In this document: positions 12,266-24,489 of the stretch, piece after piece
Position numbering within the stretch: the stretch's first letter is position 1
Layout: the number at the start of each line of letters is the position of its first letter
Source: Takakia lepidozioides
Taxonomy: Eukaryota > Plantae > Bryophyta
NCBI GenBank assembly: GCA_030704615.1
Contig: CM060732.1
Coordinates: forward strand, 4,030,001 to 4,094,000
DNA length: 64,000 nucleotides
Direction of reading: 5' to 3'
Notes under the pieces: generated by a model
Seen by the model: only the letters and a program-made list of their open reading frames with translations
What the model was told of the DNA's origin: nothing
Databases searched by the model: none
Translations under genes and position numbers: made by a program

Positions 12266-15200
12266 CTATTTTACAACAGATACACGGTCTGCAACCTTAC
12301 GGATTGTGGAGTATATTTGTGCTGCAGGTGTTGGGGCTCCAACCCTCTTGCCTGTTTTCCGCAAGACTCTAGGTCGCGTTCTCCATGCCTCCACGAAATC
12401 CCGTTTCCTTTTCAACAACATATTGTTGTTGTCATTTACAGTACGGAAGGTCTTTGCTGCCGCAGGGTGCAACATTCCTGCAACACTCTTGGCGAACATA
12501 TCAACAAGCTGCCTCCTACAGATTTGGAGACATGACAACACACGACTCTCCAGGTATTTGTCATCACCAACAATGCGACATATGTCAGCAAATTCTTCGT
12601 CCGTGGAGGCAGGTACGAGGACAGGTTCCTGATCATAGGGAAACTCGTGTGTGGAAGGTCCGTCATATGCATTTCCCAAACCCTCTTCGTCGCCGCCACT
12701 TGCATGAACCCCAAACACATTATGCAATCCTCCATGAATGGTTCCCAACGTCGTGCCACAAGCGCACACTATGAGTCCATCCTGCAAGTGTGGATGAAGC
12801 ATCTTCAGGACTCGGACTTGATGCTTGCACAAATTGCCCTTCATTGCCCATGGACAAGTGCAAGAAGCCCATTCACATGCGGGGTTGTAAACATAAGTCG
12901 TGTTTGGGTGATTGGTGCTTAGAACATAGGCTGGTTGCCCAGGATGGAACAAAAGAGTAACATTGCAAGCTGGGATGTCGCGTGTCGCAAGCACAGAACT
13001 GGACATGTACTTCTCTTGTTTGTCATTCCTTATGAATCCGTACATCTTCAGGTGAATTGCATACCAGTAGTGTGTTAGCACACGGCCTGTGATTTCCCAT
13101 ATGAGCCAATCGACTCTACGCCTTGTCATTTTGCCTTTCCCCATCCTCAGTCTTGCCTTCAAGTTTCCATGGTATGCCTCAATGCTAGCGTTTGTGTCTT
13201 GACTGGCATGCGGAACATGGCGAGCTGTTGTACACCACATTGCTATTTTAGGATGCCATTCCTTATCGATGTAGTCCAGAAATTCATGCCCATTCGGATA
13301 TTTCTTTCTCATGCCTCGGAGCGTGGTTGCTACCCATGCAAGACCTTCTTTGGGATCGCTTGGTCCACCTCTACAGTACATGAGATCTCCCATATCCTTC
13401 AGCAAGTTTGCAGTGAGAGGATCTTTGGTTTTCGTGCATGATTGCTTCACCCAAGCCCTCCGGACATGCTAAAGACACAGGAAAATAAGCGCTCCTCGAA
13501 AAACAGCCCTGCAAAATACACATGCCCACATGAGATACTTGAGTATTGAACATCGCCGGTGGACTTCGGTAGTAACCGAGTGTACTGACTGGTTGACTTG
13601 TCTGCCCGTCTGTTCCAGGGGACTTGCCCAGTGGACTAGCCTGCCAACGGACTGGCCCTTACGAGGCCGCCAGCAGACTTACCCACACTTTGGTAAGCGG
13701 ACTTTGCCAGAGGATAGGAGGCGGACTTCGCGAAGTGTACAGGAGGGTATGTGAAACTTACGTAATGGCGTTTATTTCAGCGTTGGCAACGTCCATAATG
13801 AAGGCATTGGGTCGCCAGTCCGGCATTTCTGCGAGGAATGAGTCCCGCAAGGCTGCCATCCACGGCACCAGGTCTGTTGTCCACTCACGCGCGCATATGA
13901 TGTACGCAACTGGTATACCGTTAAGCCACTCGTCGAAGACCATCAACGTGTACAATGAGAACTGTTCAGATGCAGAATGTCAGATGCTGCCAGTGTGCGC
14001 ACATCCACTAGTTGTGCAAGCGGATAAATTGTGAAAGGGATGAAGAGTTCCTTGTGGTGATTTGTCCCGAAGGTTGCATCGCATGCAGCGATACGGGCAT
14101 GGCCTAATTGAAGCATTCGCTTCAGTCCGTATGCCGATTGTGAATGTTAAGTCGCCATCGTAGTGCTTGAATGTTGGCGGCAATTTTCTCTTGATAGAAG
14201 ACCGATTTCAGGTTGTGGTCTTTCCACATGCGGACACTCTCCGCATCGTTGGCATGTTTTTTGAACGTTTGCCACACCTGTTTCTCGGCCAGGTTGCGCA
14301 CATCCTGCTCCAGCAAAAAATCGTCTCGTGTCCATGCATCCCCCAACCAGGTGTTGTTCATGACGTGCTCTTTATGTTCCATCATGATTTGGGCGACTGA
14401 CAGGCCTCGACACATACACTCCATGACCCATGCTTTCAATTCCTCGCTAATGTGTGGTGCATAGGCGTGGCGAGTGTTCATGAACTCAGCGGACTTCCCA
14501 TGACAGGTGTTCTCTTTCGCGTCTGTATGCTCCATGTTGTTGTAGTAATATGACGCCTCCCGAAGAATACCGAAGGGCTACTGCCTTCCAGCAGGAAGGT
14601 GGACACCTTCATGACACACCAGACGGTGGTTTGAACCCACAACCACATCCAACGTGGTATGTGCCTATTACCACTGGGCTACATGCTGGTTGTCTTGTTG
14701 TAGTACGTGAGGACACAAATGTCGGGGGCGAGATAGCATTGCTAGACCTTGAAACAACATTGGCAACCACGCTTGTAAGACTCTCCATATTCCGACTTCT
14801 TTCTCCTTGGGCCTTTATGAGGGTGAGATGTTCCAGCACCCACAAGAGGTCCTCCACGTTTTAGTTTGGGATCCTCCACTATCGCATTGTTTTGGGACCG
14901 TAGCAGCATTGATACTTGGACATAAAAATTTAAAAAATAAATAAAAAATAAAAAATCACAATCGATATCCATCAACTTTTGGAAGCACGAAATCACAGTA
15001 CGTGGGTACGAAAAATGGCAATCAAACTACAAAAGGACGATGAGGATGGTGCACACATGATACTGTTCAGAAAACTGTTGGCTCTCGGCTCTTTTAGCAT
15101 GCCGGGTTGCATTTTAATATGGGCATTCACCCAAAACTGAGTGGAGTAGTCCACCAAACTCTCCTCTCCAAGAAGAAAGTCATCAACTCTATCCCACGGT

Positions 15201-15379
15201 ATGCAGGCCTTCTAAACATTCATTTGCGCACCCATATAACTATATTGCGTGTCTCTCTTCCAATGGAGGTCCTTCGTGTTGAAGGGTCCTGGTTTTGGTA
15301 TTTGCAAACATTGTCGAAGAGGCCGTATAATCCAGCTTCCCATTTTCAGTATATCGTCACCTCCTGCTTCCACGTCCAT
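12266..15379 (-). pseudogene. MULE-type transposase with SWIM finger, related to the plant At1g60560/At4g13970-type SWIM proteins
   Basis: IPWDRVDDFLLGEE, CCYGP, KRGCQCCF, DATFGT (D1), FIMDVANAE (D2), SIEAYHGNLK (E), RRVDWL and SWIM ASCTCPWAMKGNLCKH. Disrupted by stops, frameshifts and a SINE. Confidence 0.8.
14548..14694 (-). mobile_element. tRNA-derived SINE inserted in a transposase exon of D
   Basis: Minus strand has A-box TAGCCCAGTGG and B-box GGTTCAAACC. Perfect 11-bp TSD ttgttgtagta (14537-14547 / 14695-14705). Homologous to 35851-36042. Confidence 0.85.
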
Positions 15380-16809
15380 GCCCTATATAGTACAGAGGAC
15401 ACGCTTCAGAACCTGCAAGAAACGCGCCGCAGTACACTGGACATGATGGACAACGTGCAAGGAGCATCAGTGCGCACGTTCGTGGCTGCTGGCAAGTGGC
15501 AGGCGGCAGGGATAAGGTTTGAATTCATGCCCTAAAAATGGAGGGCTCAGATGGGATTTACGAACGGACGGTCCAGATGCGGCACCGTCAGCGGACTGCA
15601 GGAAAGCGGACTCATGGGCAGCGGACTGGCTGACAGACTGGCGGTCTGGCAGACTGAGGGAAGCGGACTCATGGGCAGCGGACTGGCAGGCGGACTGGCA
15701 GGTGGACTGGCTGTGGCGGAGCGCGGGCGTGGCTAGGCGACCGCGCGCAACGGCGGGCGGGGGGGTCCGGGTGGGGAGAGCCGAGCGTCCGTGCGCGGGG
15801 CCCACCGGTCAGCTCGCGCGTGAGCCATAACGTCTCAATTATTGTAAAATGAGAGGCATTCAAAAATCTGCTTAGGCTCGGAGCACTGTCTCATTTATGA
15901 GCTTGTATGGCTCTTGTAAGGTTATTATTTCCTTACCATCTCTGTACCTCCTTGTTATTATAAATAAAGTCACTCAGCGGCTGAAGTGATGAACTTCAGC
16001 AGCTGAAGTGCGGCATTCAGCTTTATTTTATTATTATTATTTTTAAACTGTCCAAATTATACCTTCCATGGAGAATTTTACCATGGAGCTGTATTGATAC
16101 CAGTATTGATATACCCCCCAGTATAAGATTTGAAATTTGCAATACTGATACCATACCATACCAGACCAAACAAAAACACTATACATACTAGACTGGTACA
16201 TTAAAAGTTTAATATCTACTTTGATACCATTACCTGCCAGATATGAAAGAGGCCTCTTCACCGACAATACTAGACCCTAGCTGGTACGGGGGGCTGCTAT
16301 TTCATGAGCCATGAGCCATGAGCGGCATGAGCCATGAGCAGACTCGTAACTGCTGAAAAAATCATGAGCAGTAATTTTTTTCAGAAATGATTGTCCACAG
16401 GAATAGGGTACTTATCTGCGGTCATAGGATCCGCGAAAGCAATTGCGGCACCTTATTTCCACCGGGTACGTACAGTCCGATGAGAAAAGCGGCGCATGGT
16501 TTCCATGGCACAGATGGAAACTGAAAACGGCTCCATTCATAGAGCCGCCAATCTTCATCCGTGCAAATCCCTATGAGGGGGGAAATCAAATATCTTGTGG
16601 AGTATAAGCAATGAAGGGTAGCGTCTGCAAACTCATTGTCATCTCCATACACAATCTCCTGAGTGCTGAAATACTGTTCCTGCAGCATCATCCGCGATTC
16701 CTTTGCAAGGATGCTGTGCCGCCGAAATCCAATGGACCCCATTCATAAGCAAAATTTGGCACCGCATTCCAATCCACAGTTACAAATGCCAACCGGTTTC
16801 TGTTTGGCA

Positions 16810-18290
16810 GTACGGTAATTATCTGGTTTCCCTTGGAGCGAAGGCCCATTGAGTTGATGCAGGTCCACATCTTCTTCAGAACTGGAACGCCACTCTTACG
16901 GGTCCACTTGGCAATTCCCGCCTCTGTGTTTTTGCCTTTGCTGGCAAGGACCACCACACAACCTTTGTCATCCAATACCATGCGGGCTAGCCCAAACCCT
17001 TTCTTCCAAAAGTCCTCAGAAATACTTGCTCCAAGAGGGCACAATATCCAGTCCTTCCAGAGGCTCTCTATCTGGAATATCCAAAGATGATCAAATCACA
17101 TGACCAGTCGGTCCGTTTTCCACGCCTCATGCAATTCTTCCCTTCACTTGTCATTGCAAAGAAATCCATCATGGCTACAAATCCTGGAGTGTCTACAGGC
17201 TCTTCTGCAGTCGCCTTCCTTAGAGCTTTGGCTTTCAGGCCTTCCATTTACTTGATGTGTGCTAACTTGGCGGCCGGCCGGCCATCCAATGCCCTCAAAA
17301 AACTCTCATTCGCACACTAAATCACTGTTTTTGGCTCCAACTTCGGCCTACCCTTCATTTCCACTAGCTCGCACGGGTGCCCCCCCGGGAGGTTGAAGAG
17401 TGTCTTCTTTGCTGAGTCAGTTTTCACAGCTTTCATAGTAAGAGGGGTTAGAGGGGATTTTGGCTGGCCACCGAACACCGCATCATCCTTCAGCATTTTT
17501 TTGAATTCCGTGTTGCGAGTGTGGCAGTGGGGACCCTAGGCTGCTAACTCTTCTGCTATCGGGCATGCGATCCACCTTCCTCATTCTCAATGGAAACATA
17601 GAAGGCGACAGACCCCAGCCAATAGCCTTCTTGGAATGCGAACTTCATCTTATCCACATCCCTTGCGAGAGCAAGCCTCACTATCAGGAGGGAGACCATT
17701 CGACAGAGTGGAATTCGCAGTGTGCAAGGGAAGACCTTGGTCCTAAGAACTCTGCCAATGCTACTGTGAGTCTCCTCCAACATTTGATTCTATGCACTCT
17801 AAAAATCCTCCTGCGACATTTTTGGGGGTGGGGGAAGGGGCTGTTCAGATGGACCACCCAGAGCCGTGCCTGTATTCTTGGGAATGTAGTCGTCCATACC
17901 TTCCCTATTGTCACGAAAGTCCTATTCCAGGTAGGAGAAGTCGAGCTCCCCATGTTAAGAAACAACACCTTCATCCGCTGAAAGATCGACCAGGACATGA
18001 GTGCTAGAGATCGTCGTTGGAGCAGCTGCCTGAGCTTTTGCAGAGTTGCCCCCGGTTTCCTTCTGAAACTCGTGCAAGAATTGACCTTCAACTCATGGAG
18101 GGGTTTTCCTGGAGACTGCTCTGCCCTTGCTTTCGCCCCCTTCTGCTTCTTGCTCTTTGCAAGGGAAGGGGACTCCTCCGTTCTCATCGATTCTCGCGGT
18201 CTACTTCTTGCTATTCGTAGGGGAAGGGGACTGATCCGATGGGGTAGTATATTCCTCAACGACCGCCTGATGCTTCCTGCTCTTTAATTT
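16810..18290 (-). pseudogene. Remnants of the ParB-MTase gene in B
   Basis: EDFWKKGFGLARMVLDDKGCVVV (~16940-17020) and MLEETHSSIGRVL...LRIPLCRMV (~17690-17783). The central exons are deleted (junction ~17470). Confidence 0.8.
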
Positions 18291-18834
18291 GCTGGAGAAG
18301 GGGACGACCCCTGTTGGCGACTCTCCATCATCTTGATGCAACGGTCAGTGATGATGCAACGGTCCGGCATTACCGCCTCCGAATATGTGTTGGCAATGAC
18401 CCCTTCAACTGCCATTTCAGCCTCTATGAGTCAACAGACCGAATGCGGTGTGGCATTAGTGGCTGTTCGATCAGGATACCTCCCTACCACATCACGAAAG
18501 AAGATAAAGATGCTAGGGTGGATGGCAGTCAGTGGTAAATGTGGTACCGCATTTCCGTCCCCTTCGTGAACCCTCTTTACTGAAGGCAAGGAGGTTTGCT
18601 ATTTCATGAGCATGAGCAGCATGAGCGGCATGAGCAGAGTAGTAACACAATCGGTTTTCATGAGCAGAAGTACAAATTTCGAAAATAAAAAACAATAAAA
18701 ACAATAATTTAATGCAATGTGTCAGGAAAAACAAATATATTATTCGGCCCCTTGAAGGGAAAATTGCACTTTTGACAGTTGTGCTCATGATATTTTGTCT
18801 TCCGCTCATGCCAATTCCCAGCGACATGTGCAAA

Positions 18835-19196
18835 TATGGCGCCGAATTTCGCGGTAATAGGTCTCTCTGGCGAAAAATGGTGCCGAATTCCGCGGCTATA
18901 GGTCCCCTCATGACAGGTAATTCGGCGCCATTTTTCCAGTGCATGTTCGGACTTAGCCAGTTTTCGGCGCAAAAGGGAAATTCGGCGCCATTTTTCCAGA
19001 CACGTACCAGTGCATGTTGGGACTTAGCCAGTTTTCGGCCCAAAAAGAGAAATTCGGCGCCATTTTTCCAGACACGGTACCAGTGCATGTTGGGACTTAG
19101 CCAGTTTTCGGCCCCAAAAAGAAATTCGGCGCCATTTTCCCAACACACCCCATGTTGGGACTTAGCAAAAAGAGAAATTCGGCGCCATTTTTCCAG
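18835..19196. repeat. Subterminal array of C-type sites (GAAATTCGGCGCCATTTTTCC) with GGACTTAGCC motifs
   Basis: Units at ~18916, 18976, 19048, 19120 and 19173. Confidence 0.85.
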
Positions 19197-19350
19197 AAAT
19201 GGCCCCACAACTGCTTCTGTTGGATCTCAGTTTGAATGGAATATTGCCTCATTCAGGAGTTTTGGGGTGCATTTCATTACACTGCAAAAAAAAGTCTGAT
19301 ACAGCAAAATGCATTTGAAAATATCCATATGGAGGATTCCGTTTGCCCCA

Positions 19351-22300
19351 TCAATGATTTCTGGAATCCCTAAGGAGGAGTTTGTGCAGCTCGTTCACGC
19401 TCAACGCCGGTGCATGAATAAAGTCATCAATAGTCACGTTCATCCTCAACCTCTTCAGGTAAATGTAATACAGATGCTTGCACGGATAATACTTCGAACC
19501 CTTCTTTGCTTCCATCAACGAGAAGTCCGTACAATTGCAAGTCGGCTCCACTCCAATCGTAATTGTGTATACATCGTCGCGTACAGCCGAGCCGGCCGTT
19601 GCCATCCGATACACACGCCCAAGGCCGGGTGGGGGTACGTCCACGGAGCTCTGAATAGTGCAAGCCATCCCAAGAGCATTGGCAATCCGAGTCTCATTCA
19701 ACTTGTTGGGAGGGTGTCGTCTCTTCACTCTTCCGAATCGCATTGTGGGATGTGCAGAATTGTCCAATCCGTCTCTACTGGACCGAGCAGTCTGCAATGG
19801 CTGGGTCTGAGGAACCGGAAATGCGTGGGCCGGGATGTCTGCGTTGCACCATTCGAAATCCTGCTGCAGATAGAGCATCCGCCTCATTCTGAGAGAGGCT
19901 GCAACCCGGTGCAACAGGCCAGACGCCCGGAGGCTCCGGCATTCCCTGAATCCCGTACTTGGGCTTGCCAAATACACAGGTCATTATGTCGTGCCTACAG
20001 AACCAAAATGTCTGCGTTGTGGCGTGAGCAAATGTGGGAGTCAAAAATCTGCCGCTGAAACAAGGTGCAGGTACAGCACCGTGTGGGTTCCTCCGAATCA
20101 TCTCACCACAGCGTGCTCTCGTATCCACCCGGATGGCGCAACACTTCCCTCGAAATGCCGGCAATGTCCTCGCAATTCTCCACTGTGACTCCGACACTCT
20201 TGTCTCCACAATGGGAATGTTGTATGCTTTACTACAGATGGCTCGTTATGTTGCCGGGGCACGCGCCCTGTGCTCAAAGGAGATGGCGATCTTGAACGTG
20301 CAGACTTCGGTGCTCGACGAGACCTCCTCGGACAACATCACCGGACCACGAGGGAGCGTGCGAATATTCTTGTCAGCTCGCCATGAATCCTCTTCTCCGC
20401 CAGGTGCCTCGTCAAGTCTTCGTCTCACTGGACGGGTATGAACATCTCCTTCCAAATGTTGGCCTCTTCGCAGCAATGGCGTGTCCCGAAGGCCCTCTCG
20501 CAAGGCCGCCGCCCACTTCCGAGGATTCTTCGATCTGGAGGCAGTCCGCATCAGCATTTCCTGCCTGTCCGGCCCCAAGCCCCACTGTTTCCCTTTCAAG
20601 AACTCGTTGTACCTGCATTGCTGCATAATTGACCTCACAATGTCCTCCGTTGTGGCAGTGAGGATGTCCACCAGATGCGCCGCAGAGGAGGCACGCCAGG
20701 AAGAGTGCACTGATTCGGCCATGTTTGTCGTGGGCATGTCGGTGTCGGAGTCGAGACACATTTCCTGCACAAGCACATGTTCAGGTTACAAGCAAGTTAC
20801 AAATATGGCCAAGAATAATATCAACGGGACGCGAATTCGTGCAACTCACCTCCCGCATATAGTCGCCGAACTGGAGGAAACGATAATGCCACCATGCTAG
20901 CCAACTGACCATTGCTCCTCGTCTGATTTCCTTACAGCACCTGACGATGTCCACCAAGCCCGTATGCATGCAAACTGTGTCTCTGCATCATCCAAGGTGG
21001 GAGCGCGCTTCCACGCAAGGCACATGGAACGGTGCTCCTCTCTGAAATCTGGCGCCACGAGCCTGGTTGTGTACTGCGAAAGGCTCTGCAGAAAATGGAA
21101 CCCACAAGATCTCTCCTTGCCTTCCATGGGAACATTGGGGTCTTGCCCGTACACCCTTCGGATGGCAGCCCAATTTGCTTGTGCGTTGTCCGCCATGAAA
21201 CCACGGAAATTGGGAGGGGGCAATCCCGCCTTGGCCATCTGTTCGTTTATTCCCTGCCAAAGAAGCATCTCCGATTGTGTGTCCTCTCCCTTTCATCTCA
21301 CAAATAGCAATTGTCATTAGCATCCTGCAGTGGGTGTCGTAGACATGTGCACCCATTGTCACCCACTGGTGATTTGTAATTCGCTTGATATGGTCGAACA
21401 TGACCCAACTGTTTGACAAGTTCCCACTCGTCATCCTGTCGACCAGTTCGACGCCACTGCCAGGTCCACACGTGGACATTTTGAATACGAAACAACGATC
21501 TGCCTCAGTCCCTTGTCCTGGAAACCTACTTCCATGAATGTAGTCATATCCACATCGTCGCTTCACCTCCAGAATGGAGTGCATATCCGAGCCACGCCCA
21601 ATTTTCTGTTTGCATGAGACAATGTGGTTTCGGACATTCGGTGAACATACGTGGGACACCGACTCCAGCAATGCCTCCATTTCCTTCTCGTCGAGAGGAA
21701 CTCTATCGGAGCCGTCTTCCGACATAATTCTGGCCAATGCCATCTTATGGGCGGCTTGGAGCTGTATCTGTTTGGGTTTGGCACCCGGTCTCAACTTAAC
21801 CTCCTCCTGAACGAGCTGCTCTGCTTCGTGGGCAGCCTCCCGCGAGTTCCCCCTCGCCAATTTGTGACAATGGGAACCAACGTGTATGCAAGCTCGGGTG
21901 AGGTCAGGGAAACGGTGCAACACATAGAACTGCTTGGCATTACAAACAGACATGCAGTGTGGTGGTTCTTTGCAATGCGCACACTTAAATGTGGAGTTCG
22001 GAACCTTCCTGAGCTCGAATGGTTGGTGAGCTGTGCCTGTCCAATCGGTCTCGTTCCTGTGACCTCTGGATTTAAAGTGGAAGCAAGTTGGGGAGAAACC
22101 GCAACGCGCCCGCACAAACAACGTAGCGCACCCGCACACCATCAGCATCTTCATGCTGGTGGTTTTGGTAACGCACCAAGGATGACCGTCATGTTTTCTA
22201 TCCATATCTGTCAACATTCCGGACGCCCTCGAGTAGTCCGCCCGAGGAGGGAACTCAAAGAAGATATTACCGTCGACGTCGGCGGGAAGGCATGTAACCG

Positions 22301-22914
22301 ATTTAATTGCGAACTTGCTGTAGTCCAGCCCGGCCAGCTCCGACCGGTGTCCCTCCAGGTGAAGCCCTCGCAGAATTTCAAGAATAGATCGAACTGCGGT
22401 GCTCGTGCTGGGAATATGACTCCCTCCTCCACTGACGTCCATTGAGGACTTGCCTGATCTCCAGGACGACCTCGGAACTTCCATGACCTCGTCTGAGTCG
22501 GACAGGTTGTGAACAACCCGGTTCTCGCTCGTCTTCATGGATGGGTTCGGCTCTGGATTTACTTCGTTGCGGACTTCTCTCTTTGAGGTACCACTCTCTG
22601 ATTCGCGGATTGTTTCGTGGAAGGCGCCAGGATAGACATTTGGCGGGCAAATGAAGTCCCCATATGACGCTGTCCGATGGTGGAACTCGCCATTCCCTGC
22701 CATCGCCGAAATCATCGTGGAGCACAACAATACTCTCGACAACAAGGCCGTTTGAGTCCTTCCTTTCCTCCTCCAAAAAAACCGACCCCGGTTTCAGGTG
22801 GTATCGAACGCACAGATATTTCTCCATCACCCGGCAGGTGTCCCCTCTGCACGGAAATGAAGCTCTATGCTCGTGAGGAGGGCAGTACACTGTAGCGCTC
22901 GGGTTTTCCGCCAT
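19351..22914 (-). pseudogene. MULE transposase of C (GCM-like + DDE + SWIM), frameshifted
   Basis: MDRKHDGHPWC, WVMFDHIKR, FMADNAQANW, SCGFH, NMAESVH and SWIM PTCNCTDF..YPCKHLY. The intron after MRE matches E. Several frame breaks. Confidence 0.85.
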
Positions 22915-23217
22915 GGGAGATGTGCACACAAGACTGCCAGGATGGCGTGCGGGGAAGCTCCCTGGTAGAAGGGGGCAGCGATGGGAATGAATGCGATGCC
23001 GATTTGTCCGAGCGACGAAGCCTGATCCAAATCCAGGGAGCCAACTATCTCAAAAATCCACAGTCAGAGTGTTAATGAACCTTGTCTCCGGAATGCGGCC
23101 CCTGGTCTTTGCGCAATAACTGCCAACGGTATGCAGTCAGAAAGTGGGGGGCCGTCCGGATGATGACGGCTGAAGGGGAGAAGCCGGCACCGTGCCGTCA
23201 CATTACTACCCCCGAAT

Positions 23218-24230
23218 GGAAATTCGGCACCCAATATCCAACAGGGGAAGCCCGGATGAAGTCGCCTCGGGCGCAGAGGCCGGCGTGTGTGCGACAGAGA
23301 ACATCCCCTGGATGGAGATTCGGCGCCGAATTTCCATCCGGGCCCCCCAAAGGAGTCGTGTCGGGGGGTCAGGCCGAAAACTGGACGGCATAAAACATCC
23401 CCAGATGGAAAAACGGCGCCGAATTTCCATCCGGGCGGTTCGGATGCAGTCGGGGAGGGGGGAGTGGCCGGCACTTGGCCGTCACATTTCAACCCCCGGA
23501 CGGAAATTCGGCACCGAATATCGAACAGGGGACGCCCGGATGAAGTCGCCTCGGGCAGAGGCCGGCAGTGTCAGAGAGCATCCCCTGGATGGAGATTCGG
23601 CGCCGAATTTCCATCCGGGCCCCCCAAAGGAAGTCTTGTCGGGGGTCAGACCGAAAACTGGCCGACATAAAAACCTCCCAGATGGGAAAACGGCGCCGAA
23701 TTTCAATCCGGGCCGTTCCAATGCAGTCGGGCTCATATTTCAACCCCCGGACGGAAATTCGGCACCGAATATCCAACAGAGCGGCGGAGAGGCGTCCGAC
23801 AGAGGGATGGAAATTCGGCGCCGAATTTCCATCCGGCCCCTGGAATTGGATGGAAATTCGGCGCCGAATTTCCATCTAAATCCCCGAGGCCCTGGGCGCC
23901 GAATTTCCATCCCCGGGATGGAATTCGGCGCCGATTTCCATAGGGGAATTGCAGGCAGGGCAGGGCGGGCAGGATGGAAATTCGGCGCCGAATTTCCGCC
24001 CATGGAAATTCGGCGCCGAATTTCCATGGGAATTACCTTGGAAATTAGGGCGGATGGAAAGCCGGGATTACCTGAGGGAAATTACCTGCGCGGATGGAAA
24101 TTCGGCGCCGGATTTCCATCCGCGCGCTTCCGAATTACCTGCCGCCCGCGCGGATGGAAGGCGCCGGATTCCATCCGCGCGCTTCCGAATTACCTGCTTT
24201 ACCTGCGCGGATGGAAATCCGGCGCCCATA
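23218..24230. repeat. Array of the C-type palindrome GGAAATTCGGCGCCGAATTTCC between the divergent genes of C
   Basis: About 16 full or partial copies (23218, 23314, 23407, 23502, 23591, 23684, 23753, 23809, 23852, 23976, 24004...). Confidence 0.9.
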
Positions 24231-24489
24231 TTACCTGCCAGACAGCGCTCCGAATTACCTCTACGTTGGAAATTCCGGGACTGTTTACGTCGATTTTCAT
24301 CCGACATGGAGGGCTTCATCCGACATTTAATTGCGCAGTTGGGCAATAAATGTCGACCGCCGTCGGTTATTATTCGGGCTGGCGACGCATGGCTTCCTGG
24401 ACACGTACCCTAAATCTCATGCTAATCTTGGCTTAACATGGTATTCCAGGCATGTACCCCAAAAAAGGAGATCTTTTTGGCTGGGACTT

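Larger units (their letters stand above)
9242..15836 (-). mobile_element. Second MULE lineage (D) carrying a Ulp1-like protease; boundaries approximate
   Basis: Convergent Ulp1-like (+) and MULE/SWIM transposase (-) genes. GC-rich subterminal region with GCGGACTGGC-type repeats ends ...gagccataacgtctc at ~15836. The left end is probably displaced by insertion of A; no TSD can be verified. Confidence 0.6.

Noticed and set aside
15974-16280. Hairpins (ctgaagt..acttcag) and ATACCA repeats as a MITE or Helitron end
   Set aside because: No boundaries or TSD could be defined.
16422-16742. B ORF as a homolog of cargo ORF3
   Set aside because: Same position and strand as ORF3 in E, but the similarity is too weak to support by eye.
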